DNA of 64,000 nucleotides from Promethearchaeia archaeon (GTDB lineage: Archaea > Asgardarchaeota > Lokiarchaeia > Sigyniarchaeales > SOKP01). Position numbers and translations under genes: made by a program. The stretch is from positions 256,001 to 320,000 of the forward strand of contig JAHQWG010000028.1 in the NCBI GenBank assembly GCA_029856045.1. The letters are read 5' to 3'. The notes under the pieces are model-generated. The model was not told the origin of the DNA. It saw only the letters and a program-made list of their open reading frames with translations, and made no database searches. Positions 50,659-60,742 of the stretch are shown here, one piece after another (within the stretch, counting starts at the first letter, position 1; the number at the start of each line of letters is the position of its first letter).

Positions 50659-52965
50659 TTAATTAGTCTCACTAATTTTTTGTAATTGTTCTTCAGTTAA
50701 TGTGATTTTAGGAATTGTAAAAAAGAATGTGGTTCCTTTATCTAATTTACTTTCAAACCAAATTTCCCCTCCATGAAGATTTACTAGTCTTTTCGTTAAT
50801 GCTAAACCCAACCCTGTCCCCTGAACCTGTTTTATCTTATCACCTTCTACTCTTCCAAATTCTCTAAAGACTACATCGTAATCCTTCTTTGCAATACCAA
50901 CACCAGTATCTTTAATTTGAAATTCCCAATGATCGATTCTTTGAATACCACGAAGTGAAACATTTCCTTGCTCTGTAAATTTAAATGCATTACTTAAAAT
51001 ATTATATAATATTTGTTTGAAACGAATAGGATCAGCAGTTAAATAATCGTGTTCATCTATACCTTTAACTTTAAATTCCAAATTTTTGTTTGAATATAAT
51101 GGTTTTATTACTGCATTAATTTCTACAATAAATTCATTTAAATCAAATTTCTGCATATTTAATTTTAATTTTCCAGCTTCAATTTTTGAGATATCTAAAA
51201 TTGAATTTATTAAACTGAGTAAATGATCTCCTGCAGAATTAATATCATTTATAAAATCTTGTTGATCTACATTTAAATTACCATATGAACCATCTAATAA
51301 CAACTGTGAAAAACCTAATATGGCATTCAACGGTGTTCTTAATTCATGAGACATTGTAGCCATAAATCTTGATTTAATATCCAAGGAAGCAAGTAATTGA
51401 TCAAATAACATTTCTCGATTCTTTTCAAAATTTTTTCTATCAGTAATATCGGAAAAAAAAGATTGAATAATTATTTGATCTTCAATTCTTAATATGGTTG
51501 ACGTAACTTCTACATACAATAGTTTTCCATACTGTGCTTTTATCAATGCTTCGACTTTATTAGGAATTGATAAATCATAAATACCTTCTTCGTAATGTTT
51601 TTTAACTATATCTATAAATTCTGGGTCAAATAACTCGTATATATTGTGTGTTAATAATTCTTCTCGATTATAGTTGAATAAATTCTCTGTTTCTCTATTA
51701 GCCTTTAAAATTTCACCCTTTTGATTTAATAGAAAAATTCCCAATGGAGCTGTTTCATTAAGCGCATCTATTTCTTGTAATGTTTTCTCTAATTTTTTTA
51801 TTTCTTTCTCAGACTGTTTTTGAGCGGTAATATCTTGTATCATCAATTGTACAATATTTTTCTCCCCCATTTTAAATAAAGAAGATTGTATATTCACCCA
51901 AGCAATGTTCCCATCCTTTTTCTTAATTTGAATTTCAAGAGGCGTTGGAGCATTTCCATCATATATATCTTTATATTTTTCTTTTATATCTGAAAGACTT
52001 GATGAAGGAAGAATAGGTGTTTCATAATATCTTTTATTGATTAACTCTTCCTTTTTATATCCAAATATTTTTTCGGTAGTATTATTGCAATCAATAATCA
52101 CACCTTCCAAATTAAGTAGGATTATGGAATTTGGAGAATTTTCAAATAGATATCTGAATTTTTCTTCTGACTCTTTTTTCTTTTTTTCCGTCTTCTTGCG
52201 TTCCGTAATATCTTCGCAATTAGTTAGGAGTACATTTTTACCACCCAACTCTATTAAGTCTATATTCATTAGAGCTGTATAAATTGTGCCGTCTTTTTTT
52301 TTCAGTTTTACTTCGAAATTATAGACCTTATCAGTTTCATGCAATTTATTAAGCAATTTTTTACGTTCATTTGGATCAACATAAGTAGAAATAAGTCTAT
52401 GAGTGTTTAACTCATCTAAGGTAAAACCTGTTATTTCTTGCATTTTTTTGTTCATAGCAAGAATATTACCCTCAAGGTCAGCAATCCCAATCCCTATTGG
52501 AGAAGAATTAAATAAAAATTGATATTTTTCCTCAGATTTTTGTATCTGGGTAGTTAATTTTTCCATTTTAATCCATGTTCGATTTCTTTCAATAGCATAT
52601 TGGATTGAACGTAATAATAGATTACTATTAATCTCATTTTTAATCAAGTAATCTTGAGTTCCTGCTTTAACCGCTTCTACACCTATTTGAAAACCATCAT
52701 TTACAGTTAGAACAATAACAGGAATATTTTGAACCTTTTCACAAGTCTTAAATACAGTATTAAGTCCAAAACTATCTGGAAGGTTTATATCTAAGAGAAT
52801 TACGTCATAATTTCTATTATCAATATGGTTAAATCCTTTCTTAAGGGTATCAGCCCAAACCAAATTAAATTTTAAATTTTTAATCTTTTTTAGCATTTCT
52901 TCTATTAATCGAACATCACCAGGATTATCTTCGATTAACAGAATATTAATTAAATTATCTAACAT
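50659..52965 (-). CDS. Hybrid histidine kinase REC-PASx3-HisKA-HATPase
   Basis: EDNPGD/LLD receiver, three PAS domains ending DIT, SHELRTPL, NAFKFT, DTGVG, GTGLGL. Confidence 0.93.
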   Translation of the reverse strand: MLDNLINILLIEDNPGDVRLIEEMLKKIKNLKFNLVWADTLKKGFNHIDNRNYDVILLDINLPDSFGLNTVFKTCEKVQNIPVIVLTVNDGFQIGVEAVKAGTQDYLIKNEINSNLLLRSIQYAIERNRTWIKMEKLTTQIQKSEEKYQFLFNSSPIGIGIADLEGNILAMNKKMQEITGFTLDELNTHRLISTYVDPNERKKLLNKLHETDKVYNFEVKLKKKDGTIYTALMNIDLIELGGKNVLLTNCEDITERKKTEKKKKESEEKFRYLFENSPNSIILLNLEGVIIDCNNTTEKIFGYKKEELINKRYYETPILPSSSLSDIKEKYKDIYDGNAPTPLEIQIKKKDGNIAWVNIQSSLFKMGEKNIVQLMIQDITAQKQSEKEIKKLEKTLQEIDALNETAPLGIFLLNQKGEILKANRETENLFNYNREELLTHNIYELFDPEFIDIVKKHYEEGIYDLSIPNKVEALIKAQYGKLLYVEVTSTILRIEDQIIIQSFFSDITDRKNFEKNREMLFDQLLASLDIKSRFMATMSHELRTPLNAILGFSQLLLDGSYGNLNVDQQDFINDINSAGDHLLSLINSILDISKIEAGKLKLNMQKFDLNEFIVEINAVIKPLYSNKNLEFKVKGIDEHDYLTADPIRFKQILYNILSNAFKFTEQGNVSLRGIQRIDHWEFQIKDTGVGIAKKDYDVVFREFGRVEGDKIKQVQGTGLGLALTKRLVNLHGGEIWFESKLDKGTTFFFTIPKITLTEEQLQKISETN

Positions 52966-53157
52966 ATTTTTATTTTTATTTTTTGTTTAGTTTAATTAAT
53001 AATTACGATAATATGAAAAATGATAATTTTTAATGTTATAGAAATATTGGATGAGAGAGAGATGCATAGATTATTCCACTTTTTTTTACATTAGAAAATT
53101 TTTTAAATTTATTATGTGAATACCATTAGCATTTTCTTTCAATTATAATTTATCAAA

Positions 53158-53616
53158 TTAAGTTATTTCATGCCCATCAGGTGGTAATTTGACAATCGAA
53201 AACCAGAAATCTCCAATAGATTTCACCACTTTTATAAATTGTACCATACCTATAGGTTTGGAGATATAACAGTTCGCATGTAAATTGTATGTTTTTATAA
53301 TATCCTCCTGAGATTTAGAAGTTGTTAAAACTACGACCGGAATTCGCCTTAAATCTTTATCTTGCTTAATTTCAGCTAAAACCTCACGTCCGTCTTTCTT
53401 AGGTAGATTTAAATCAAGTAAAATTACATCAGGTCGTGGTGAATTATTAAATTTTCCTTTTTTATATAAAAAATCTATTGCTTCTATACCATCCAATGCT
53501 ACGTGTAATTTATTGGCAATTTTACATTCTTTAAGAGCTTCTTTTGTCAAACGCACATCTCCTGGATTATCTTCAATTAGCAAAATTTCTATCATTTTAT
53601 ATTTTTGTTTTGTCAA
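53158..53616 (-). CDS. Rcp1-like single-domain response regulator
   Basis: EDNPGD, LLDLNLPKKDG, LTTS, ANCYISKP, DFW. Confidence 0.92.
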   Translation of the reverse strand: MTKQKYKMIEILLIEDNPGDVRLTKEALKECKIANKLHVALDGIEAIDFLYKKGKFNNSPRPDVILLDLNLPKKDGREVLAEIKQDKDLRRIPVVVLTTSKSQEDIIKTYNLHANCYISKPIGMVQFIKVVKSIGDFWFSIVKLPPDGHEIT

Positions 53617-53663
53617 AACTTTTACCTTATTTTTTTCTTTAAATTTCTTCTTTTTTCATATAA

Positions 53664-56345
53664 TTATTTTTTTATTGGAATAGTAAAATGAAATGTTGAA
53701 CCCTTTCCAACTTCTGATTCAACCCAGATTTTTCCATTATGTCTTTCTATAATTCTTTTACATAGGGCTAAACCTATTCCTGTGCCAGGATATTCAGATT
53801 TTGAATGTAAACGTTGAAAAATAATAAAAATACGATCAAAATATTCTGGATCTATGCCGATCCCGTTATCTTTTACTGAAAATTGCCAGTTTTTTTTAAT
53901 CTTTTTCGCCGAAATATGTATACGCACGGGATCTTCACTGCGGAATTTTATTGCATTACCAATCAAATTTTGAAACACTTGCAGAAGTTGTGTTTTATCT
54001 ACCATTACATTTGGTAAATAATCATAGGTTATCTTTACATCTATTTCTCTTATAATCTTATGTAGATTTAAAAGAACATCTTTTAAAACCTCTTCACAGT
54101 TAGTAAATTCAAAAGGATTACCACGAGTCTGAATTCTTGAATATTCTAATAAATTTTCTATAAGAACTTTCATATTATTTGCACCATCTACAGCATATTT
54201 AATGAACTCATTTGCATCCTCATCTAATTTATCTTTATAACGCTTTGCTAGGAGTTGGGTATAACTTGCCACCATTCTTAATGGTTCTTGTAAGTCATGA
54301 GATGCAATATAAGCAAATTGTTGTAATTCTTCATTGGAACACTTTAAATCGGCCATAATTTGTTGTAATTCTTTTTCTTTCTTCCTGCGCTCGGCAATAT
54401 CTCGGAAGATAAGGATAACACCTATAATATTACCTTTATCATTCTTTATTGGTGCGCCACTATCAGCGATCGGTATTTCCTTTCCATTTTTCGCTATTAA
54501 GATAGTATTATTCGCCAGACCGACAATAAATCCTTCTCGAAGGACTCTAGATACAGGATTTTCAACAGATTTACGCGTTTCCTCTTTAATGATATTAAAA
54601 ATATATTGTATGGGTTTTTCTATAGCTTCTTCTAACTTCCAGCCAGTCAAAGACTCGGCAATTGGATTTAAAAATGATACCTTACTTTTTATGTCAGTAG
54701 TAATTACTGCATCCCCAATACTTCTGAGTGTTGTGGAAAGCCATTCTTCACTCTCTTTTAATCTTTCTTCGGATTTTTGGAGCTTTTGAGTGCGCTTCTC
54801 TACCAATTCTTCAAGATGATCACGATATTTTCTCAATTCCTTCTCCGTTTTTTTACGCTCGGTAATGTCTATAAAAGAAGCCATCCTACCGATATCGTTC
54901 CCATCCTGATCCGTCACAACGGAAGTGGATACTTCAACAGGAAACTCCGTGCCGTCATTGCGTTGCGCAATAAATTCTTCAGTCTCGCCTTTTACCTTGT
55001 CAATAATCGTTTGCACATCAGAAAACCTCTGTACTACCTCTCTGGGAATTAATTCTCTAGCAGATTTACCGAGTAAACCTTCCTTGCTTTCATATTCAAA
55101 CATTCTCGCAAAAACTGGATTGACATACGTTATTTCTCCTTTAAGGTTCGTTATGATAACGCCGCTCACTGAAGAATCTATCGCATCGTAAGCAACGCTT
55201 AACTCTCGCTCCAACTTCTTGCGCTCGGTAATATCTTTTATAATAAATGCAATATCTATTGTCTTACCATCAGGTCCCTTTACAATAAAAGTGGTTAGTA
55301 AAATGGGAATTCTCGAACCGTCTTTTCTTATATATTCTTTTTCATACGTTTCAGGATTTCCTGTTTTTATGATCCTTTCTATTATTTTGTATTCATATTC
55401 TTCGTACTCCTCCGGAGTTATATCTTGAAATTTTTTTCTGGCTAATAATTCCTCTTTTGAATAACCCGTTAGCTCGGAAAAAGCATCATTAACATCCAAT
55501 AGCATTCCATCCAAATTAGCATAGGCTATGGCATCTTTTGAGGAGTTGAATATCCCATTGAAACGTTCTTGAACCTTTCCATTCTCCTCCTCTGCTTTCT
55601 TTCGCTCCGTAATATCCTGTCCAACTCCTTGAATCCCAATTGCCTTTCCATCAGCATCTTTTACTGCAGTAACATTCCATGAGATCAAAATCCTTTCTTT
55701 TTTACCCTTTTTCCAATAATATTGCTCAAAACCTTCTTGACTCCTATTTGGATCTATTATAACCTTCTGCCTTACGGGTTCAGCCTTTTCTAATTCATTT
55801 TTCTCAAGCATTGATCTTATATCATTACCAATCATCTCCCCTTCTTCATATCCTAATATTTTACAGGCGTATGGATTCATTAAAGTTACTCTCCACTCAT
55901 CATCGTATGCCAAAACGATGGCATTGGCATTATTTACTAGCATTTTGTAGCTATACAATTCTGCCTTTATCTTCTTACTCTCAGTAATATCTCTGAAAAC
56001 TTCAATAACTACTGGATTACCATAAAAATCTTCTACGAAAAAAGCGTCAATTCCAAAATATTTTGTTTCTTTGGTTGAAGGAAATGTTGTAATTTTTTCG
56101 AATCTCATCCTACGTTGTTCTATTGTCAAAGAGTTTTCAATAGGACAAGATTCACAAGGTTTTGAGCGCTTAAATAAAGTATTATAGCAGTTTTTTCCAA
56201 CCAAATTCTTTCCGAATTCTTTGAGAGCATTTTCATTTGCAAATAATATCTTATTCTTCTGAGAAATAACCAAAATTGGATCTTTCATATTTGAAAAGAT
56301 TAATCCTAATTCTTCTAGAGATTTTTTTAAATCTTGTGTTGCTAT
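53664..56345 (-). CDS. Multi-PAS (x5) sensor histidine kinase with a Cph1-like transmitter core
   Basis: SHDLQEPLR, NAIKF, DNGIG, FQRLH, GTGIGL. The tracked ATG is 56288. An AGGTGA SD points to ATA at 56345. Confidence 0.9.
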   Translation of the reverse strand: MATQDLKKSLEELGLIFSNMKDPILVISQKNKILFANENALKEFGKNLVGKNCYNTLFKRSKPCESCPIENSLTIEQRRMRFEKITTFPSTKETKYFGIDAFFVEDFYGNPVVIEVFRDITESKKIKAELYSYKMLVNNANAIVLAYDDEWRVTLMNPYACKILGYEEGEMIGNDIRSMLEKNELEKAEPVRQKVIIDPNRSQEGFEQYYWKKGKKERILISWNVTAVKDADGKAIGIQGVGQDITERKKAEEENGKVQERFNGIFNSSKDAIAYANLDGMLLDVNDAFSELTGYSKEELLARKKFQDITPEEYEEYEYKIIERIIKTGNPETYEKEYIRKDGSRIPILLTTFIVKGPDGKTIDIAFIIKDITERKKLERELSVAYDAIDSSVSGVIITNLKGEITYVNPVFARMFEYESKEGLLGKSARELIPREVVQRFSDVQTIIDKVKGETEEFIAQRNDGTEFPVEVSTSVVTDQDGNDIGRMASFIDITERKKTEKELRKYRDHLEELVEKRTQKLQKSEERLKESEEWLSTTLRSIGDAVITTDIKSKVSFLNPIAESLTGWKLEEAIEKPIQYIFNIIKEETRKSVENPVSRVLREGFIVGLANNTILIAKNGKEIPIADSGAPIKNDKGNIIGVILIFRDIAERRKKEKELQQIMADLKCSNEELQQFAYIASHDLQEPLRMVASYTQLLAKRYKDKLDEDANEFIKYAVDGANNMKVLIENLLEYSRIQTRGNPFEFTNCEEVLKDVLLNLHKIIREIDVKITYDYLPNVMVDKTQLLQVFQNLIGNAIKFRSEDPVRIHISAKKIKKNWQFSVKDNGIGIDPEYFDRIFIIFQRLHSKSEYPGTGIGLALCKRIIERHNGKIWVESEVGKGSTFHFTIPIKK

Positions 56346-56363
56346 TTTTTATTTCACCTTTTT

Positions 56364-56519
56364 TTAGAACCAATAATTTCTATTAAAAAATTTATTAAAT
56401 GTATTTTGAACAATTTGTCTAAATTCATTAATATTAATGGGTTTTGAAATATATTCATTAAAATCTGCTTGTAATATACGCTTCTTATATCCTTTCATCG
56501 CAAAAGAGGTAATTCCGAC
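56364..56519 (-). pseudogene. 3' remnant of a single-domain response regulator
   Basis: VGITSFAMKGYKKRILQADFNEYISKPININEFRQIV, versus IAVTSFAMKGDKERILKAGFDTYIAKPININDFRETV in 56827..57195. Confidence 0.85.
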
Positions 56520-56592
56520 ATATTCTAACGAATTTTCATCTTATTTTTATGTGATTGAATAAAATTGGCAAATTTTAATTTAACAATATCTG

Positions 56593-56608
56593 ATAACAAA
56601 TTTGTTAT
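56593..56608. promoter_or_regulatory. Perfect 16-bp palindrome ATAACAAATTTGTTAT, candidate operator
   Basis: About 22 nt downstream of a minus-strand TTTATATA box (56631-56638). The half-site recurs at 57270-57387. Confidence 0.5.
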
Positions 56609-56826
56609 AAAGAATTAATAATTGTATAACTATATAAATATACTTGTTGTAATTCTTACATCATAATATCAGTTTTTTAAAAGATTTTTTATAACGATTA
56701 AGAAGTAATAATTTAATTTTTCATGAAAAAAGTTAATTCATTAGAAAATAGTGTAAAAAATTTTCTTTAAAAAGAAATATAATCTTAAAAATTGTAATAT
56801 CAGAATTTTTATATTAAAATATAAGA

Positions 56827-57195
56827 TTAGACAATAACATTTTTGACTGTTTCCCTAAAATCGTTAATATTTATTGGTTTTGCAATGTAAGTATCGAAAC
56901 CTGCTTTCAATATACGTTCTTTATCACCTTTCATCGCGAAAGACGTGACAGCAATAATTGGAATGTTTTTATATTTTTCAAGTTTACGAAGTTCTTTACA
57001 AATATCGATTCCACTCATATCTGGTAGTTGAATGTCTAAAATTATTAGGTCTGGATTATCTGACTTTAGAGATTCAAAAGCTCGGGCACCATGCGTTTCT
57101 GCTACAATTTCAATATCAAGCATTGTATTTAGGACTGCTTTAAACAATTTCATGTTTTTTTCATTATCTTCCACAAGAAATACTCGTTTTTTCAT
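56827..57195 (-). CDS. DivK-like single-domain response regulator
   Basis: VEDN, LDIQLP, TSFAMKGD, KPI. Confidence 0.92.
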   Translation of the reverse strand: MKKRVFLVEDNEKNMKLFKAVLNTMLDIEIVAETHGARAFESLKSDNPDLIILDIQLPDMSGIDICKELRKLEKYKNIPIIAVTSFAMKGDKERILKAGFDTYIAKPININDFRETVKNVIV

Positions 57196-57269
57196 AAAAT
57201 CTTAACTCTACATTATTGTAATAATGAAATACGCATCTCTTCATCATCAAATGTTCATATATTACTATA

Positions 57270-57387
57270 ATAACAAATTTTGATAACAAATAGATACAAA
57301 ATATTAGTGATAAACATAGTATTTAAATGTTTTGTTATAATAATGTGTTTGTTAACATTGAATTCTTTTTTACAATATTATAACAAA
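57270..57387. promoter_or_regulatory. Cluster of ATAACAAA/TTTGTTAT sites in a divergent promoter
   Basis: Exact copies at 57270, 57283, 57331 (reverse) and 57380. Near-copy at 57348. Confidence 0.5.
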
Positions 57388-57622
57388 TATTTAAAAATTA
57401 AAAGAATTATATAATAATTACATATAAATAGCTGTTTGTGTGTAAAAACCGAAACATAAAAAGACAAAATAAAATTGAATAATGAGAGTTTATTAATGCA
57501 TTCAAATAGTAGGGCGGTACGGAATTTGGTTTCTTGTAAGAAAATAATCTCAATTATTTCATTAAGTTCTTTGTTTCCGAAACAATATTGAAATCCTCAT
57601 ACTAAAAATTATTTGAGAAAGA

Positions 57623-58483
57623 ATGAATAATAAGAAAACTGAAGAGATGGAAAAATATGAAAAAATGACTGGCAAACACGCAATTTGGCGTGGTGTAATA
57701 ACTGAAGGATTTAAAAAATGGCAACGAGGAGAAAAAATTTATGATAGATTTAAGGAGAGAATAGCTCTATATGTAGCTAAAGAAACTAAAGAAGAATGGC
57801 AGAATTTCATAAATAATTCAAAATATACTTCTGTTTCTAAGCTTGTGAGAGATGCAGTAAATAATTTCATTGAAAAAAAATTAAAAGTAATAGATTATAA
57901 GAATTATAGTAAAGATAATCAGCTTAGAGATCTTTCAGATATCTCACATGTTTTAAAAGAAGCATTAACTTCAATAAAAGGTTTCTCACAATTATTAATT
58001 GAAAATTATAAGGAAGAACTCAATGAGGAAATCATTTTAAAAATAAAAGAAATTTTTGATAAAAGCATCTTCCTTGAAAACAAGATTAATGAATCTTTAG
58101 AATATTCTCAAACTAAAAAATCACAATACGACATTTTATTAATTGAAGATGATATTTCAACAATAAAATTATTAACATCATTTTTTGAAAGGAAAGGTTA
58201 TAGTTGTAAAGGTGTCATAAGTGGTTCTAGAGGATTGGATGAATTGAAGAGAAATATTCCAAAAATAATTTTATTAGACATTATTTTACCTGATATTAAT
58301 GGATTTGAAGTTTGCAAAATAATAAAATCTAATAAAGAATATCAAAATATTCCCATCTTTCTATTAACTGCTGTATCAAGTCTAAAAGTTGAGCATCTTA
58401 TTAAAAAAGCAAAAGTAGATGGTTATATCTCAAAACCTTTTGATTTTTCGGATTTTAATATAATATTGGAATACTTACATTAA
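57623..58483 (+). CDS. RHH-DHp(HisKA)-receiver protein
   Basis: ERIALYV..KEEW..SVSKLVRDAV (RHH-like), ISHVLKEALTSIKGF (H-box), IEDD/LLD/LTA/KP receiver. No ATPase domain. Confidence 0.75.
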   Translation: MNNKKTEEMEKYEKMTGKHAIWRGVITEGFKKWQRGEKIYDRFKERIALYVAKETKEEWQNFINNSKYTSVSKLVRDAVNNFIEKKLKVIDYKNYSKDNQLRDLSDISHVLKEALTSIKGFSQLLIENYKEELNEEIILKIKEIFDKSIFLENKINESLEYSQTKKSQYDILLIEDDISTIKLLTSFFERKGYSCKGVISGSRGLDELKRNIPKIILLDIILPDINGFEVCKIIKSNKEYQNIPIFLLTAVSSLKVEHLIKKAKVDGYISKPFDFSDFNIILEYLH

Positions 58484-58486
58484 TTT

Positions 58487-60493
58487 TTAATCTTTTAAAA
58501 TGGGAAGAGAAAAATAAAATTTACTTCCTCTATTTCTTCCTTCTGATGCCATCCAGATATTTCCCTCGTGTAAATCAATAATCTTTTTCGCAATATATAG
58601 ACCGAGCCCTGTACCCTCAATTCTAACATCCCAACCTTGACCATATCTTTCAATTTTTCCAAATTGTTTAAATAATTGATTCTTTTCCTCAGCGGAAAAC
58701 CCAATTCCATTATCTTCTATTGAGATTATGAAAAAGTTAGATTTTACTTCAGAAAAGATTTTAATTTCTCCTCCAGGAGGAGTGTAATTAATTGCGTTTA
58801 ATAATAAATTTGAAAAGACTTCATAAATCCGCTGTTTATCAAAAGTTGTAATTAAATTATTATCAATATTTAAGGAAATAGATTGGTTTCTCAGCTCTAA
58901 CACAGCTTGCATTTCTTTTAAGCAGGATTTGATCAATTTTGATAAATTTCCTTGTTTTAAAATTAATTTTAATTGTCCAGATTCTAATTGGGATGATTCT
59001 AGGAGAGAATTAACTATATTATCAAGGCGCAGACATCCTTGTTTAATTTCTTTTAAAATGGATATTGTCTTATTATCATATTTCTCTTCAAATTTTGTTA
59101 ATAAAAAGTCAGAGAACCCCTTAATTGAGACAAGAGGAGTTTTCAATTCATGGGAAGTTCTATTTAGTAAATTGGTTTTAAATTTATTTATTTCACTTAG
59201 TCGTATATTTTGCTCCTTTAAATTTTTCTGAATTTGCCATCTTTGTTCTTCAACCTTAATGGCACCACAAACTAAGGACAAAATCAAATGTTCTTGGTGT
59301 GAAATAGCAGGATTTTCTCTTTTTAAAATACAAATAAAACTATTAAATTTATCTTTAGACTTAATTAATCTTCCAAATCCTCCTTTTATGTTGTATTTAA
59401 TAATAAAAGGATCAGTTTTTGCATATTGGGTTTCATTTAGATTTATAAATGTTTGTATAATATTCTGTTTAAGCTCGAATGTTTCATTTGTAAAATAATT
59501 CTTTTTAAATTCTTCCTTATTGCAATTAAAATTATTATCATCACTAGAAATGATTTGATATATTTTATTTCCATTTTGCACCCTTTTTCGAATATATAAT
59601 ACACTTTCTGCTTTACTCAATTTCTTTACTGTTTGAATTAGAGTTTTAATATTCGATTGGAAATCTGGTGTAAACTTTAAAAAACTTAAATTTATTTCAT
59701 AAATTAAATTTTCATAAGTCTTTCTTTCATTAATATCTTGATAAGTTGTTTGAACATAAATATTATTTCCGAATTTTATTAAAGAGCTCTGGAGACTTAC
59801 CCAAATCTTTTGTCCATCTACATTTAGTAATTCAACTTCAATAGGACTAATTACTCCTCCTTTAATTATAGTTTCAAATCGATCTTTAAGTAGCAGTAAA
59901 ATTTCTTGAGGATATATATCAAGTTGGTTCTTAGTTTTACCAACAATTGTATCCTTTCTATATCCAAATAATCGTTCCGTTGCAGAGTTACAATCAATAA
60001 CTCTTCCTTTTAAATTTGCTAAAATGATGGCGTAGGGAGAATTTTCAAATAAGAATCGATATTTCGCTTCAGATTCTATTAATTTTTGCTCAGTTTCTTT
60101 ACGTTCAGTGATTTCTAACACAAATTCAACTGCTCCAATAATATTATCATTATTATCTTTCACTGGAGAAGCTTTTACCTTCCATACCCTTCCATCGGGA
60201 GTAGTTTGTTCTGCTTCATGAGATTGCCTTGTTTCAATAGTTTTCAGCACAGGGCAATTAGCACATGGTGCATTTCTCTGATGCCATATCTCATAGCAAT
60301 AGCCACCAATTAATTTATCAGTTGTTAGACTCACAGATTCAGAAGCGGCTTTGTTTGCCCACAAAATTTTTAATTCGTTATTATAATATAATATAAGCTC
60401 AGAAATACTGTTCAAAATAGGAGAGTTAAAAGTAATTTTAAGATTTCCTTCATTCTTTGAACTCGCATTATTTTCGAATTTTTGATTTTGCAT
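58487..60493 (-). CDS. Sensor histidine kinase PAS-PAS-GAF-like-HisKA-HATPase
   Basis: SHELKTPL, NAINYT, DNGIG, GTGLGL. The first PAS is Cys-rich. Confidence 0.9.
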   Translation of the reverse strand: MQNQKFENNASSKNEGNLKITFNSPILNSISELILYYNNELKILWANKAASESVSLTTDKLIGGYCYEIWHQRNAPCANCPVLKTIETRQSHEAEQTTPDGRVWKVKASPVKDNNDNIIGAVEFVLEITERKETEQKLIESEAKYRFLFENSPYAIILANLKGRVIDCNSATERLFGYRKDTIVGKTKNQLDIYPQEILLLLKDRFETIIKGGVISPIEVELLNVDGQKIWVSLQSSLIKFGNNIYVQTTYQDINERKTYENLIYEINLSFLKFTPDFQSNIKTLIQTVKKLSKAESVLYIRKRVQNGNKIYQIISSDDNNFNCNKEEFKKNYFTNETFELKQNIIQTFINLNETQYAKTDPFIIKYNIKGGFGRLIKSKDKFNSFICILKRENPAISHQEHLILSLVCGAIKVEEQRWQIQKNLKEQNIRLSEINKFKTNLLNRTSHELKTPLVSIKGFSDFLLTKFEEKYDNKTISILKEIKQGCLRLDNIVNSLLESSQLESGQLKLILKQGNLSKLIKSCLKEMQAVLELRNQSISLNIDNNLITTFDKQRIYEVFSNLLLNAINYTPPGGEIKIFSEVKSNFFIISIEDNGIGFSAEEKNQLFKQFGKIERYGQGWDVRIEGTGLGLYIAKKIIDLHEGNIWMASEGRNRGSKFYFSLPILKD

Positions 60494-60742
60494 ATTTTCT
60501 AACTAATTAATATTTATTCAAAAGAATCAAATGAATAATTTTAATAAAAATTAAACTTAGAAGGTTATTTTTGCTAATAGCATAAAGAAAATAATAAAAG
60601 AAGTATATTAAATTAAGCATCATAAAGTTAAAATTGGAAAAATAAGATTAAATTTTGTGCTAATAATAAAAAAACTTATATTATAATTTGTGATAATAAT
60701 AATCTAGATATGTTATAAATACAGTGAATCCTTCCTTTTTTA

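Noticed and set aside
53664-56345. Phytochrome call for the kinase because of the Cph1/Rcp1-like core and partner
   Set aside because: There is no GAF-PHY photosensory module, only PAS domains.
53040-57260. Similar purine-rich stretches at about 53050 (gatgagagagagatgcat) and about 57235 (reverse gatgatgaagagatgcgt)
   Set aside because: The match is short and imperfect, and the two copies lie in opposite orientation relative to their genes. Chance is sufficient.
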